Origin: Lingula anatina | Taxonomy: Eukaryota; Animalia; Brachiopoda | Direction of reading: 5' to 3' | NCBI GenBank assembly: GCA_051362555.1 | Contig: CM120648.1 | Location: 15,620,587-15,684,586, forward strand | Length of the DNA stretch: 64,000 nt | In this document: in pieces, positions 24,387 to 37,250 of the stretch | How positions within the stretch are numbered: the stretch's first letter is position 1 | Layout of the letters: every line of letters begins with the position of its first letter | Program-made: the position numbers and the translations under genes | The notes under the pieces: model-generated | Told to the model about the DNA's origin: nothing | The model's database searches: none | What the model saw: the letters and a program-made list of their open reading frames with translations, nothing else

Positions 24387-27300
24387 TATGGAACGCCATT
24401 CACGCAAAAAATGCAGACGTCAATTCAACAATCTATCGGCACTATTTAACAACCAAAACCTACTTTAACTATCTAAACTTAATTCTACTAAATTAGTTTT
24501 GGTCATTTTAATCATTCGTCAAAATCTAACAATCAATAAACGATTCAAAAGTCAATTACCGCAACTCAACAATCAGTCACCGCAACTCAACAATCAGTTA
24601 TCGCAACTCAACAATCAGTTACAGCAACTCAACAATCAGTTACTGCAAACGGTCATTCGCGGACTTAACACCAGATGGCGCGCGCGAACCGTCAGCGATC
24701 TGAAACGTCCTTGACCTTTTCCATCGTTTTAACAGTATTAAAATACGTGGAGCCTCGATTTGAAACCATTCAGCTTAAATTGTTTTTAATCTCCAAATAC
24801 TTAAAAAAATCAATAAAGCTATTCGACAAGAACCTATTATATCGTATCTTTTATATTAATTATTATTACATATCACAATAATAAACGAGTCGCCTTTTGA
24901 TGTACGCCCGGCTATAACCTCTATTAAAAAATATCAATTTTTATGAGATTCGTATTGTTTGGTTCCATTGCCTCGCTTTCAAAAATTAAAACAGGCGCTC
25001 CAAAATCGTAAGTCGAAGAAAATTTTTATATTGGCCGAGTTCGCCCCCGATTAGAATGCCTATACGTCCCCGCATCCGATACTCCCGCGCTTCTTTACAT
25101 CACCGCACCAATACTCCCCCGCACCGATACTCCCCCGCTTCTTTACATCCCCGCATCGATACCCCCCCCCCCCCCACACACACACACACTGATACTCCCG
25201 CGTACCAATACTCCGGAAAAACACTACTCCCCAAAGCAAAGATTCCCTGGGCTTTGTAGACACAATTCGTGATTCAAAACCCTTTCTATTATCCTATTTT
25301 TTTTCAAAGTTGCACAACCCTCTTGGGACACATAATTGACACATTTTATTCGAAATATATTGGGGAAAATAAAGGGCGTTACTCGAAGTCGATCTCAGAC
25401 TTTGCGTGCAGCTTAACAGTCCGTAGGCCTACAGCTATGCCTTGTAAATTTGAGAAATGTTTGTGCAAAATTAATATTGTTCTCCTACTGTAGTTACCGT
25501 ATTTATATTATACGCCCTTTTATTTATTAACTAAAGGCAAAGTTAGTTTTAATCTAAGATGACGCAGCTATGTCTTTTCCTCAGGCAACGATGATTTTGT
25601 TTAATTTTTAAATAATAAAAAAGCAGTGCTGAAGCGCTTCGTTTTCTGTTATCTTCCTCCAACCTTCTTTTCTGCTCTTAAACTTCTTTCCCTTAATTGT
25701 CTTTTGGAGGCATATTAGAATCTGAATTGAGCAAAATTCAAAATTTTTGAAAATTGTTGGACAACGAAATTGTAGAGACACGAGCATGCGTCGTGAGCAC
25801 ACCTTTTATTCTTGCAGTAACGCCGTGTTTTCGACTTACTTCGTCATAGATGTGAGGGCGTGCGCCGTACTCAACACATTGCTTGCGACGTGCATCTTGG
25901 ACCACGCAAGTCTCACTTTCAAACTCCTCGCAAACTCCTTGCGAAGGGAGCAAATTACGCTTGCGGCCTCGCTGTTTAAAGATTATTTAAACAGCGAGGC
26001 CGCAAGCGTAACTTGAGATTATTTGTAGAATAAAGCGTAACAAAGATTATTTGTAGAATCTATTGGAAATGTTTAGTATCCTACGTACGTGCTTACATAC
26101 GTGCGAACTCGAAATTTCGCATAAAGGACTTGCGTGGCACGTGAGATTCTCCGCAAAATTTGGACTCAAACGGGTCTTAAGAGCCCGTGCGGCCGGTTGT
26201 GACCGAGACTAATGTGTTGTCACCCAAGATTTTTTAGGAACTTTGCGGCTTCTTTTGTACAATACCGATGCTCAATTGTAAGCAATTAAGATTTGTATGC
26301 ACTGCGCAATAGCATAAAAACAACATCACCAAGGTTCTCCCTGTGGCCATTTTTTTTCACTTATCTCACCAATATCCAAAGCGTTTTTCCATTTGAAAAA
26401 AGTATTTCTTATACAATGTAGGCCGTGCTTCCGAGTCGTTGACCAATTTTTCAAATCTATATGTGAAAAAAATCGATGCAAGGTGACAGACTCTCCCATG
26501 ATAGACAGTCCGGTTCCCATCAATTTGCATAGGTAATTCAGCCCCGCCCTAGATTTTGACCCACTTACGTCGATTGACCCTAACCTGTATAATTAAATGG
26601 AGGGATGACTCTCCGTTACCCAGACCCTCAGTTTCGTGGAAATTGCATAGGGGGAGTAATAATGCGGGGAGTATCGTTGCGGGGGAGTAACGGTGCGCGT
26701 ATAACGGCAATTCTAGAGGGGATTTATCGATGCGGGGATCTATCGGTGTGAGGTCGTATCGACGTGCATAATGCAAAAATTTACTAAGGGGAAGTATCGG
26801 TGCGGGGGAGTATTAGTACGGGGGAGTTACGGTGCGGAGGAGTATCGGCATGACCCCCTAGAATATCCTCACAGCATTATCTGCAATTTTTAATGTATTT
26901 TGCAATATAATTTTCATTCCTCCCGATGGATAATTTTATTAATCAAGAGTGGGGGAGGGGTGGGAAATCCCCTTGGTGCCACATATAACACTATAAATGC
27001 GAAAGGAATTACCCTATTTGTGAAGAGAAAATAAATGTATTTGTTTATTTCAAACAGCGTACTTTTCGCGCATGCGCAGTAGTTTGAGACCTGTGCTATT
27101 CCGCATATTATTCGAGTAGGAACTACATGTGGTTCATTGCCATATCTAATTTCAGTATGATGTGATTGAACGCAATCCTACTATTATATACTTAACTATA
27201 TCATGACAATACGAACACGATGAACCACATGTACTCCCATAATATGCGGAATTGAAAACATGGAAAAGGTCAAGGACGTTTCAGATCGCTGACGGTGCGC

Positions 27301-27414
27301 GCGCGCCATCTGGTGTTAAGTCCGCGAATGACCGTTTGCGACAACTGATTGTTGAGTTACGGCAACTGATTGTTGAGTTGACGTCTGCATTTTTTGCGTG
27401 AATGGCGCACCATG
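24387..27414. mobile_element. Non-autonomous IS3EU-like element (TAYGG termini) carrying nested insertions
   Basis: TATGGAACGCCATTCACGCAAAAAATGCAGACGTCAA ... TTGACGTCTGCATTTTTTGCGTGAATGGCGCACCATG. About 20-bp CAACTCAACAATCAGT repeats and long subterminal IRs (24650-24720 / 27265-27340). No matching TSD. Confidence 0.75.
25056..26858. mobile_element. Nested TIR element with CCGATACTCCCCCGCA subterminal repeats
   Basis: Repeats at 25060-25230 are inverted at 26650-26850. Right end GGAGTATCGGCATGACCCCC; left end degraded. Confidence 0.55.
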
Positions 27415-27418
27415 CTAT

Positions 27419-28111
27419 GTAAAAACGCAGCCGCTTTAGTTTCCCGTAAAAACGAGTTGTATGTTGCTCTTGGTGACTATTATCATCCTCACTGAAGTCG
27501 TCGAAGGAGGCCGGACCTACGGTGGTGATGTTAGAAGGTCTGATGGAGGCGTACAGACCGTCAGTGGTCGAGGACTGGTCCGAGTACAGTGAAGAAGGTA
27601 TTGGTATCATTGGTGGCTCGTCATATTCATGTACAGGGCGATGCTGGAAGTGAAGACCATGGAAATTCATCATCATTAGGAATGGATCAGCCTAATTTTG
27701 ATCAACCTAGTTGCAGTTTGTTTTTGGAGAGTAACTAGTACAAATCTGTTTGGAATTTCCCAGGGCACTTTTCTTATTATTATTTTCACAAGGTCACCAA
27801 GGCTGGGAAATTTTATCGTGCTTAAAAAAAATCTAAGACGTGAACCCCAATCACCATGTACGGGTTTATAATTCTGATCAGAAACGATATTATTTTACAC
27901 GCCATCTACTGACGACTTTGATACAACAAAACAAGCCTGTTCTTATCCGCCGATATTACGATATAGGAAGTCCGAACAGCCTAATTCACCACCGGCCATT
28001 TATAGACCCTTTACTATTCGTGCCCCGAGGTTCTTTAGTACTATTTGCCTAATAAATATTATTCCCCACATGCTGTGTGACAATGTCTTGGAGAAACACA
28101 CCATTATTCTT
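27419..28111 (-). pseudogene. Near-identical inverted duplicate of the TNF promoter and 5' part of exon 1
   Basis: Reverse complement of 11903-12597. Differences seen are one substitution (R8L), a 3-bp deletion and a +1 homopolymer change. ORF 27676-27281 runs into the flanking TE just as the TM helix begins. Confidence 0.92.
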
Positions 28112-28496
28112 CATAAGGCTTTATTAATCTGCTTCGCCATAATATACCTAGCTTATAAACTGTGTTGCCTTTTGACCACAATGATCAGTGAATGGTGAGC
28201 TTATACTCATTCTATACCCGATTTAAAATAAACCAAAGTAATAAAAATATAGCTTTGTCTTTCGTGGGTATTTTCTAATATAGGTGATTACAATTATGAA
28301 AAGTTATAACTAGAAATTGAATTGATACGTCTCGCTGTAAAATGGCTGTTTGCAGTTGCTGTTTGCAGAGCTACACATAATAGCAGACGATACACTATCC
28401 GCCCTATTACATGTGTCAAATGAGAGAGGTGTGTCCGCACTTGTAAAGTTTATAAACAGTGCTATAAGAAAACGGAAGCTATCCAAATTGAGATAA

Positions 28497-29042
28497 GAGC
28501 GCATTCTCAACGAATTAAGTCAGGCTTTACAAAGCCGGTGACCTAAAAATGGCGGACGTACATGAAAGAAAAACCGCCTAATCTTTTAATAGTCTCTCCG
28601 CCTTCCCACACGTCGTCCCTGCGGGGTACAGTAATTAAATCGCGTCTCCGTTCGCCATGCGGAAGCTACCTGAGAAATATTAAGTGTGCATGCTCATCAG
28701 TTAAACTCGTGGTGAAGAAAGCATGGCGGCTGAAGGCGATCGAAGGAAAAAAGCTCTTCTGTTCTATTATCTTTGAAAGCAGAGACGAAAAAGGAATAAT
28801 TTGGCCCGTAGAGCAGCAATGAATCGACTATCTACGGAGATAATATCACCAGAGATATTCACGGAAATATTAATGTTCGGAGCCAAGATTTAATTACTGT
28901 ACCCCGCAGGGACGACGTGTGGGGAGGCGTGTGAGAGGCGGAGAGACTATTAAAAGATTAGGCGGTTTTTCTTTCATGTACGTCCGCCATTTTTAGGTCA
29001 CCGGCTTTGTAAAGCCTGGCTTAATTCGTTGAGAATGAGCTC
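28497..29042. mobile_element. Sola2-like MITE with about 145-bp TIRs
   Basis: ATAA|GAGCGCATTCTCAACG ... CGTTGAGAATGAGCTC|ATAA: 4-bp AT-rich TSD, GAG termini, near-perfect arms. Confidence 0.8.
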
Positions 29043-29544
29043 ATAACGCCTGGTATTATACTTTAACTTTATTATTACTATGTACATGTATTTAAACTTA
29101 AGTATATTATAATTAGTAGTGTAGAGAGCCTATAAATGTACACTCATTTCATGTGCTCAATAAATCATTATTATTATTATTATTATTATCAATTTTTTTT
29201 TTACTTTACAAACAAAGTCATCAATACCTGGAAAAATCTCACCGCTTAGATTAACTCTCTGGGGCGTGACCTCTTGCTGTCAGCTATTGTGTATACTACC
29301 TCGGTATTACAACAAAGCAAATCCAATACCCTGCATGCGATTCTTTTCGAGTGCATGGGGTCGTAGTGGTATTTTATCACAGTTTTGTTTACTCACTCAA
29401 TACTGTCTTTATGATGAAGTTCAGTTGCCGGTAACAAGGTCTCTAAAGGCATACAAAGTTGACTCCCGTCCCAGCAGGCACACAACGTTGATTCAACGTT
29501 GAATCAACGTTGAATTTATGTTGAGACGTTGATAAACGTTGAAT

Positions 29545-30010
29545 CAACGTTGATTCAACGACCATAATTCAACGTTGGCATTTCAACGTTGATTCAACGT
29601 TGATTCAACGACAACAAATTCAACGTTGGCATTTCAACGTTGATTCAACGTTGATTCAACGTCAACAAATTCAACGTTGGCATTTCAACGTTGATTCAAC
29701 GTTGATTCAACGACAACAAATTCAACGTTGGCATTTCAACGTTGATTCAACTTTGATTCAACGACAACAAATTCAACGTTGGCATTTCAACGTTGATTCA
29801 ACTTTGATTCAACGACAACAAATTCAACGTTGGCATTTCAACGTTGATTCAACTTTGATTCAACGACAACAAATTCAACGTTGACATTTCAACATTGATT
29901 CAACGTTGATTCAACGACTACAAATTCAACGTTGGCATATCAACATTGATTCAACTTTGATTCAACGACAACAAATTCAACGTTGGCATTTCAACATTGA
30001 TTCAACTTTG
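29545..30010. repeat. 42-bp tandem minisatellite (about 11 units)
   Basis: Unit TTGATTCAACGACAACAAATTCAACGTTGGCATTTCAACG(TT). It produces the spurious repeat ORF 29600-29884. Confidence 0.9.
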
Positions 30011-30319
30011 AAGTAAGATTGAGTTGATAAACCTACATTATTTCAACCTTATTCAACTTGCATTTTTGAATGTTGATGTTTGAGTAAATTTTAAACATTG
30101 ATTCAACTTTGGCATTTCAAGTTAACATAATGACTATTCAGGAGGTAACTTATAATTAGTTAAAGATGTTAATTCAACATGGATTCAGTTTTTGCATTTC
30201 AACTTGAGACAGTATGCACGCCGACCGCGACGACAGACCGCAGGTGACAGTTATTTGAAGCCTATACAGACAAATCTGTGTCTGTAAAAAAAAAAAATAA
30301 AAAAAATAAAATAAAAAAA

Positions 30320-30324
<5 letters not shown>

Positions 30325-30394
<70 letters not shown>
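30325..30394. repeat. (TA)n microsatellite
   Basis: Direct reading. Confidence 0.95.
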
Positions 30395-30397
<3 letters not shown>

Positions 30398-30589
30398 CCA
30401 TCAAGCCAATATTTGGTGATGTCATTTATGTTATTTTTTATTTATTTTATTATTTTAATTATTTAATTTTTGTCTATTTTTTTTTTATTGACAAGTGAGT
30501 TGAATGCATTGAACTAACGTCATTTGATCAATTTTGATTTATCTGTCTCTTTCTCTCTTTTCTTCAAAGTCCCCTCATCATATTTGCAC

Positions 30590-32260
30590 TATTTTATATA
30601 AATTGGACTTGACATTTGAATGAACTGTTAACTTTTTAGAGCTAAGTACTCGTTCCGTTATTCTTAAATTCCGCTTTTTATGACAAGCCGGTCAAGTACC
30701 CGGATGTAGCGTTTTTAGAGTTGTGGATACGAAGAAGCACAGGCGTATGAAACTGATACAATTCGTTGATTGATTCGATTCGTGATGCGATATAATTCGA
30801 AGGTATCAACACTGAAGACGAGGATTAACTTTAGTGCAAAACTACGAGCCAACTTTCTTTGAGAAAATGGAGGAAAAACGTGAAATTACGAAATTCGAAG
30901 CGTACAGAAGTCCGGAGAAATACGGGCCACGCTGGCTAGACAGTTTGCAGGATGAGAAAGAGAGAGATAAATCATTTGCTGACGGAAAAGGTTTGATCGT
31001 TTCAGAACCAACGGACGAAAAGAAATAATGAACAAAGACAGAAAATTAAAAAATACATGTCAGAAGAGACGCGCGCTGATGTAGCATTCAGGGGGACGTG
31101 AACAAGATATTTTCATGACTCTCCCAAACATATTGCAGGTGTGAAACATGGATACACATAGACTGTTAACGCTTTAAATGAAAGTGCAACTCCAGAAACT
31201 GTGAGTATGTTAAAAACCGAAGTCATTTGACAAACCAACTCAGTCTAAACACCACGAGTTCAGACATGAAAAAACGAAGTAGAAACCACCCCGACTGAGA
31301 AAACATGGAACGTGCAACAAGTCTGCAAAACTGAAACTAATATTCATGTATATGACAGTTATGAACATGATAATCCAGGAGTGCATATACATTTGGTGTG
31401 GGGTAACCAATGCAATATACACAGAGACTTGGTGGAAATAGAGATAGGCGGCATTAATCTCAGTGTACTAGCTGTATTACCAGATTCAGGCGCATATTGT
31501 AATATCATTGATGAAAATACATGGGGAATGCTGCAATCCAAGAAAAAAAAATGCGTCTCAGGCTCTTGTGGAGGACCACAAAACAAACAGTATTATTCAG
31601 ACACGTCTGAGAAACCTTTAAAGTGAAGGGAGCATTTGAATGTGACTTAAAGGCAGACAAAGAAAGAGACCATGTGGAATTTGTAGTATTGTAGTGAAAG
31701 GGACATGGGGTTTGATTACCCTCTACCAGGGCGACTGATAGATTTTTACGGATATTCACAGATATGTCTCTAGCTAGATAGATTGTCATTTTAAGCTCCA
31801 AGTGACTAATCTAGCTAGAGACATATCTGTGAATATCCGTAAAAATCTATCAGTCGCCCTGGTAGAGGGTAGGGTTTGATATGAGTTGATTAGATTTGAG
31901 AATTTTCAATGTGGTTAGAATAATTATAGTTGGAGTTCATATGTTATTCTGCAAATGTTTGAAAAGACAATTTAAAGACTGAACTGTCAATTAGCATATA
32001 TTTGAAAGGACAGTTTAATTCTCTTTAACAAAGGAAGGGATATTGTGTTTTTACCTGACATTTAAATGAGCTGTTGTTAATTTGGTAGATGTACTTGTTA
32101 CATTGTTAATTCCTTTAATTATTATTAGCTTGTCAAGGAGTCTGATGTATCATTTCTTAGTGATATGGATATGACAAAAGCACAAGTGTTCCAAACTGGT
32201 TCAACTCATTGAGTGATTTTATTCATGATGTAATTTCATTCAAAAGCATCAACAATATAC
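30590..32260 (+). mobile_element. Degenerate Gypsy-type LTR retrotransposon remnant (aspartic protease fragment)
   Basis: VEIEIGG...LPDSGAYCNIIDENTW...PLKVKGAFECDL (retropepsin DSGA motif) at about 31430-31700. PPT-like AAAGGAAGGGA at about 32030. Similar LTR-like starts at about 30608 and about 32055. Confidence 0.65.
31719..31869. mobile_element. Palindromic mini-MITE (CCC termini, TA TSD)
   Basis: TA|CCCTCTACCAGGGCGACTGATAGA ... TCTATCAGTCGCCCTGGTAGAGGG|TA with about 60-bp perfect arms. A half copy is at about 34213-34305. Confidence 0.85.
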
Positions 32261-33480
32261 TGGGGTTTGTGTTTGTGCTCATGTAATTGTCTTTTTATTG
32301 TACATCTATATCTATGGGGTATACATAATTCTTTTTTCAGAGTTTGCATGTATGTAGACAGCATGCAAGTTTAATTGAAACAGTTACTGCATGGTTATTT
32401 ATAACTTTGTTATAATGAACTCTCTGTCATCTAAAAAACAATGTTTTTTCATTCATTATTCAAGATTTATTTATTACAGAATTAGTGATTATGATTATTA
32501 ATGATATGTTTGAATTATAATTTACTTTAAAAATCACAATGTATAGTATAATTTAGGTTAAGGTGTGCAAAAATCCCCCCCCCCACTATGTACATGCATA
32601 ATTAATTACAATTTTTGTGTTAGTTCAGATTCGATGTGCAGCTTTGTTTTGTAAAAAAAAAAGTGTTGTTCTTAGTTTTTATTTATTATTGCTATGTTGT
32701 AAACTATGTATATTTTAACTACTTAAATTAGCAGCATTTTTCCTTTTATGCAGTGACAAAATAAAGACATTGAAAATGCTATTTGTCTCAACTTTTATTT
32801 AATGTTAAATCAAGATATAATCAATGCTAAATCAACATATAATCAACGTTAATTGAGATTTCTAATGTTGAAACAACGTTGAATTGCCAACGTTGATTCA
32901 ACGTTGAATTGCCAACGTTGATTCAACGTTGACTTTTCAACGTTGATTCAACGTTGACTTTTCAACGTTGACACAAACTTCCGTTTTCAAACATAAATTC
33001 AACGTTGATTCAACGTTGAGAATCAACGTTGATTCAACGTTGAATCAACGTTGTGTGCCTGCTGGGGTGGGATTGTGGGAAGGTCTTTTTCCGGTATAAT
33101 GGATTCTCGATTATTCATCTGTACCAGCTAGCTTAAAAGTTATCGGTAAGTTTGTAAATACAAGTATGATAAACGTCAAAATCATGGCTATTTCGATCTT
33201 GTCTAAAAGCGAACGCCACATATCGCGAAGGATGCTCGGGGTATACCTTTATTTGAGGCCACTTTCTTCTGTAAATTAAGATGCATGTGCGGTTATGCAT
33301 GTTCTTCCGTGTACTTGACCGAAATTGATGGCTTTGCTGAAGTCAAATGAGTTAAATGTGTGATGATTGTTACATTTCCATTATCGGTGTATATACACGT
33401 ACCATCCTCTCCTATTTGTTTCAGATCTGTTCAACGTCCCTGAACAAATGTGGAATCTGACAGCACAGCACGTTTCTACA

Positions 33481-36400
33481 ATGGTCGGTCATTTGATCTA
33501 TTTTGCAGTGGTAAGTTCTTTTTCAATGTATATTTGTAGCAATAATATATTAATGATAATATTTAGTTACAATCTTTATAATCTTTCTCGTTCTCCTCTA
33601 GTTTTAAATACTATCTTTTTCTCTTCTGTTCTTCTGTGAAAAAAGGCTTCCTCGTGCAGCATTCATTCTTTGAACTGCCTTTTTTTAACCGGCATGCTCT
33701 GCAATATTTTCCTATATGATGGGGTCGTTTGCGAGTCCTTGGTATTTTTGATCAATTACCGGTTTGTTTGGTATTTACACAACTGAATGCTCCAGTAAAA
33801 GGACGAAATTTCCCCACTGAAGTTGGAAAAAAGTTAACAAAGGTTTCTCAACTGTTTTGGGCCAATATAACCCAGATAATTCCCCACCGGAATCCACCCA
33901 TGGAAGTGTGCCAAAAATCCAAATGGCTGACAATGCATAAGGGGGTGTTTAAGTTGGCATGACATGGAAACTGGGTGACTTAGAAACTCTAGAGAGGTAT
34001 CATTTCTATTGTTAAAATGCATGGACATTCATTTTTTAAAAAGTTTGGAAGTCATCAGAGACCAAAGTCATGGCTAAATGTCAAGGTCAATCTCGAATAA
34101 GGACCAAAATAGCTTAAAACACAACATGTTCTTTCTTTATTCCTACTAAAATTAACTTTCTTATGATTTTTTTGCTCTTATTGAGAACTACACACAAGAG
34201 GCCACCTTTGGGTACCCTCTACCAGGGCGAGTGATATATATTTTTACAGATATTCTCAGATATGTATCTAGCTAGATAGATAGATGGTCATTTAAAGCTC
34301 AACTTGGGGAATTTGGATAACTGTTACACCGGTCAAATCCGTCTCCTCCGGTACCCTTGATTCAAGGCGCCTAGCAGTTTGTGCAAATATCATTTTATTA
34401 CATAAACAATGTTTTTTAATCATCAACTTATGTAACTATTCCCATGTGTCAGTTATTATCATTAGCACTCAACGTTGTATAATATATGTATAATTGTTAT
34501 AATTTTATACACAGGTAATCTCCACTGCCGTTACTGAAGCTACGTCACAGGCAAAATGTGAAAACGCCTTTTCTTGTTGGAAAGGTAAACCGTTTTCATT
34601 CCTTACCGGTGTAACATGAAAATTTGACTCAAATTTTCATGGGGGGGGGGGGGGGGGGGGGTCAGATTTTCATTATGAAAAGTCAGGTTTTCATTATGAA
34701 AATCTGACTGGGGGAGTCAGATTTTCATAATGAAAATCTGACTTTTTATAATGAAAATGTCACTCCCCCTCCTATGAAAATTTGACTCCCCCTCCACAAA
34801 ACTATATTTTTCTTAATTCATTTGAGTATATGACCGTGTTCTTGTAGTATGTAAAATGGAGGATACATTGGCCCTTTTTTTAGTTTGCAGGTGAACATTT
34901 TCATGAAAAAATAAGAAAATTAAAAATGTGCACTTAACCGCCCATTGCCTCCCTTATGAAAAAGCTATCTATTTGATATTGGTTGATCATTTCTTCATCT
35001 TTCCTTTTAATTTACTTTATGAAATATTTGAAATATTTGAAAGTTTGATGGTAAACTATTGGATGGAAAAACTAAAAAAAAAAAAAAAAAAAAAAAAACA
35101 CATGAAAAGTAAGAAAATTAAAGATGTGCATTTTATCACCCAGTGACCCCCCTGTGAAAAAGCTATCTATTTAATATTTGGTGATCATTTCAAAAGTTTT
35201 CCTTTACTTTTACTTTATGAAGGTTATATTGGAAATATTTGAATGTTTGATGGTAAAATATTGGCTGAAAATTCTTTTTTTGGAAAAATTTATATTGGAA
35301 ATATTTGAAAGACTAGGGGAGTCTAAATCCTACAGGTACAAGAATGCAAATTTATTATCCATTTAAAATCATCAATCCCTATTTTCCATTCAGCTTTTGG
35401 GAAAATGGGAAAAACAACAGCAAATATAAAATTGGGCCTTTCACTAATGGGAGTCCATAGGAGTCCAAATCCCATGCATATGAAAATGAAGATTTTCATA
35501 TTTTTTTTTCATTTATTTTCACCCAGTATTTTACCATTCAAACTTTCAAATATTTCCGATATATTCTTCATAAAGTATCCTAAAAGAAAAGATGTCAGAA
35601 TGATCATCAAATATCAAATAAATAGCTTTTTCATAGGGGAGTCATTGGGTGTTAGAAAATAAATCTTTTTTCTCATTTTTCATGTTTTTTTTCATCCAAT
35701 TTTTTACCATCAAACATTCAAGTATTTCCAATTTAAACTTCATAAAGTATCCTAAAAAGAAAGATGTTCAAATGGTCATTTAATGTCAAATAAATAGCTT
35801 TTTCATAGGGAAGTCCCTGGGTGGTAAAATACAAATATTTTATTTTTTCATTTTTTCGTGAAAAGTTTCACCTGCAAACTAACAAAATGTGTCCTCCATT
35901 ATGCATACTACAAGTTCATAGTCATTTACTCAAATTAAATGAGATTTATGAATGTTTTTGTCGGGGGGAGTCAACATTTCATAGGGGGAGTCAGATTTTC
36001 ATCATGGAAATCTGATTGGGGAGTCACATTCTAGGGGAGTCAGATTTTCATGGTACACCGGCATATATCACTGATAAGAAACTGATAAATAATTATGAAC
36101 ATATTCTTTTATTATAAGGGTTTAATTATCGGTATCGACATTATATATTTTGTTACATTTTGCGGAAATAGATTTTTATCAGGGATGATATGTGAAATCT
36201 CTACCTCAGTATAAAATAACACTTCTAAGCGTCAAACCGTAGTGTGCTGCAAACGTCGCATATATCAGAAATAAAAGCCAAATATATCTATGAATATGTC
36301 TCTTTTTCAGGGGAAAAACGTGGGGTGTGTACTGGTATAGGACAAACTATAAATGCGACAAAGGTAATGGCGGTGTGTCAATATGATGAATGTTGTGTGG

Positions 36401-37213
36401 CTTTACGAACAAGGCGCGTTATACGTGTTTTTATATCCGCCATGCACTTTTCAATTTGAAAACATGACGTAGATAAACATCCACACTACACTTGAGTATG
36501 TGAATTCAGTGAATATGAAGATTGAATTTTTTAACTCGACACCGGTCAAATGCTTAGTGTCATTAAGAGCAGCGTGTGTAATATTGGTGTAAGACGCAAA
36601 CGTTTCAGAAATGTGTTAACACTATATTCCATTTTTTATTATAGTATTAAACGTTTAGTTGATTACTGGTACATTGGAAATCTGAATAAATTAGTAAATA
36701 CTCACAACTTGAACTAGAACCACTCACAACTTAACCTATTTTGCTCATCTTGGAACGTGATCTCAAACATAACCCTACTGATTAAGGTTAGTCTACAAAT
36801 AGAACGAATAAACCATTTGATATCACACTGTCCTTTAATCTGAATATCAGTGCAACCCTCTGTAAACGACCTTATTGTGTCAAACATAACCAATTTAATA
36901 GAAAATCTTAAATGTATATAGAAAACGCAGCAATTGGATAAGGATAACAAAGAAAACGAACCATGCCACGTGTTTTAAAACTACAATTATACATCATTTC
37001 ATGACGTGACAAGCGTATATCCTATGATAGCAAACAAAAGTGAATTTAGGTTGTTCAAATTGGTTTCTTTCTCAGGATAATGAAACGACATGCTGGTGCG
37101 AAGAATACAATGGTTACTCCCCTGACAGACCTAAGGAATGTTGGGAACAAGGCACACCCTCAGCATGCGTTTGCACACAATGTCCGAACGGGTCAAGGCC
37201 AATCATAAGAAAA

Positions 37214-37250
<37 letters not shown>

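Larger units (their letters stand above)
29470..33066. mobile_element. Non-autonomous EnSpm-like element (CCC termini, 2-bp TSD) with CAACGTTG repeats
   Basis: GT|CCCAGCAGGCACACAACGTTGATTCAACGTTG ... CAACGTTGTGTGCCTGCTGGG|GT. Subterminal palindromic CAACGTTG arrays at both ends. Confidence 0.85.

Noticed and set aside
24499-24714. Coiled-coil-like ORF (QLNNQL)n
   Set aside because: Translation of about 21-bp subterminal repeats of the IS3EU-like element.
29545-30010. CRISPR-like array or repeat protein (QRQQIQRWHFNVDSTL)n
   Set aside because: Units are contiguous with no unique spacers and no cas genes. It is the subterminal minisatellite of a TIR element.
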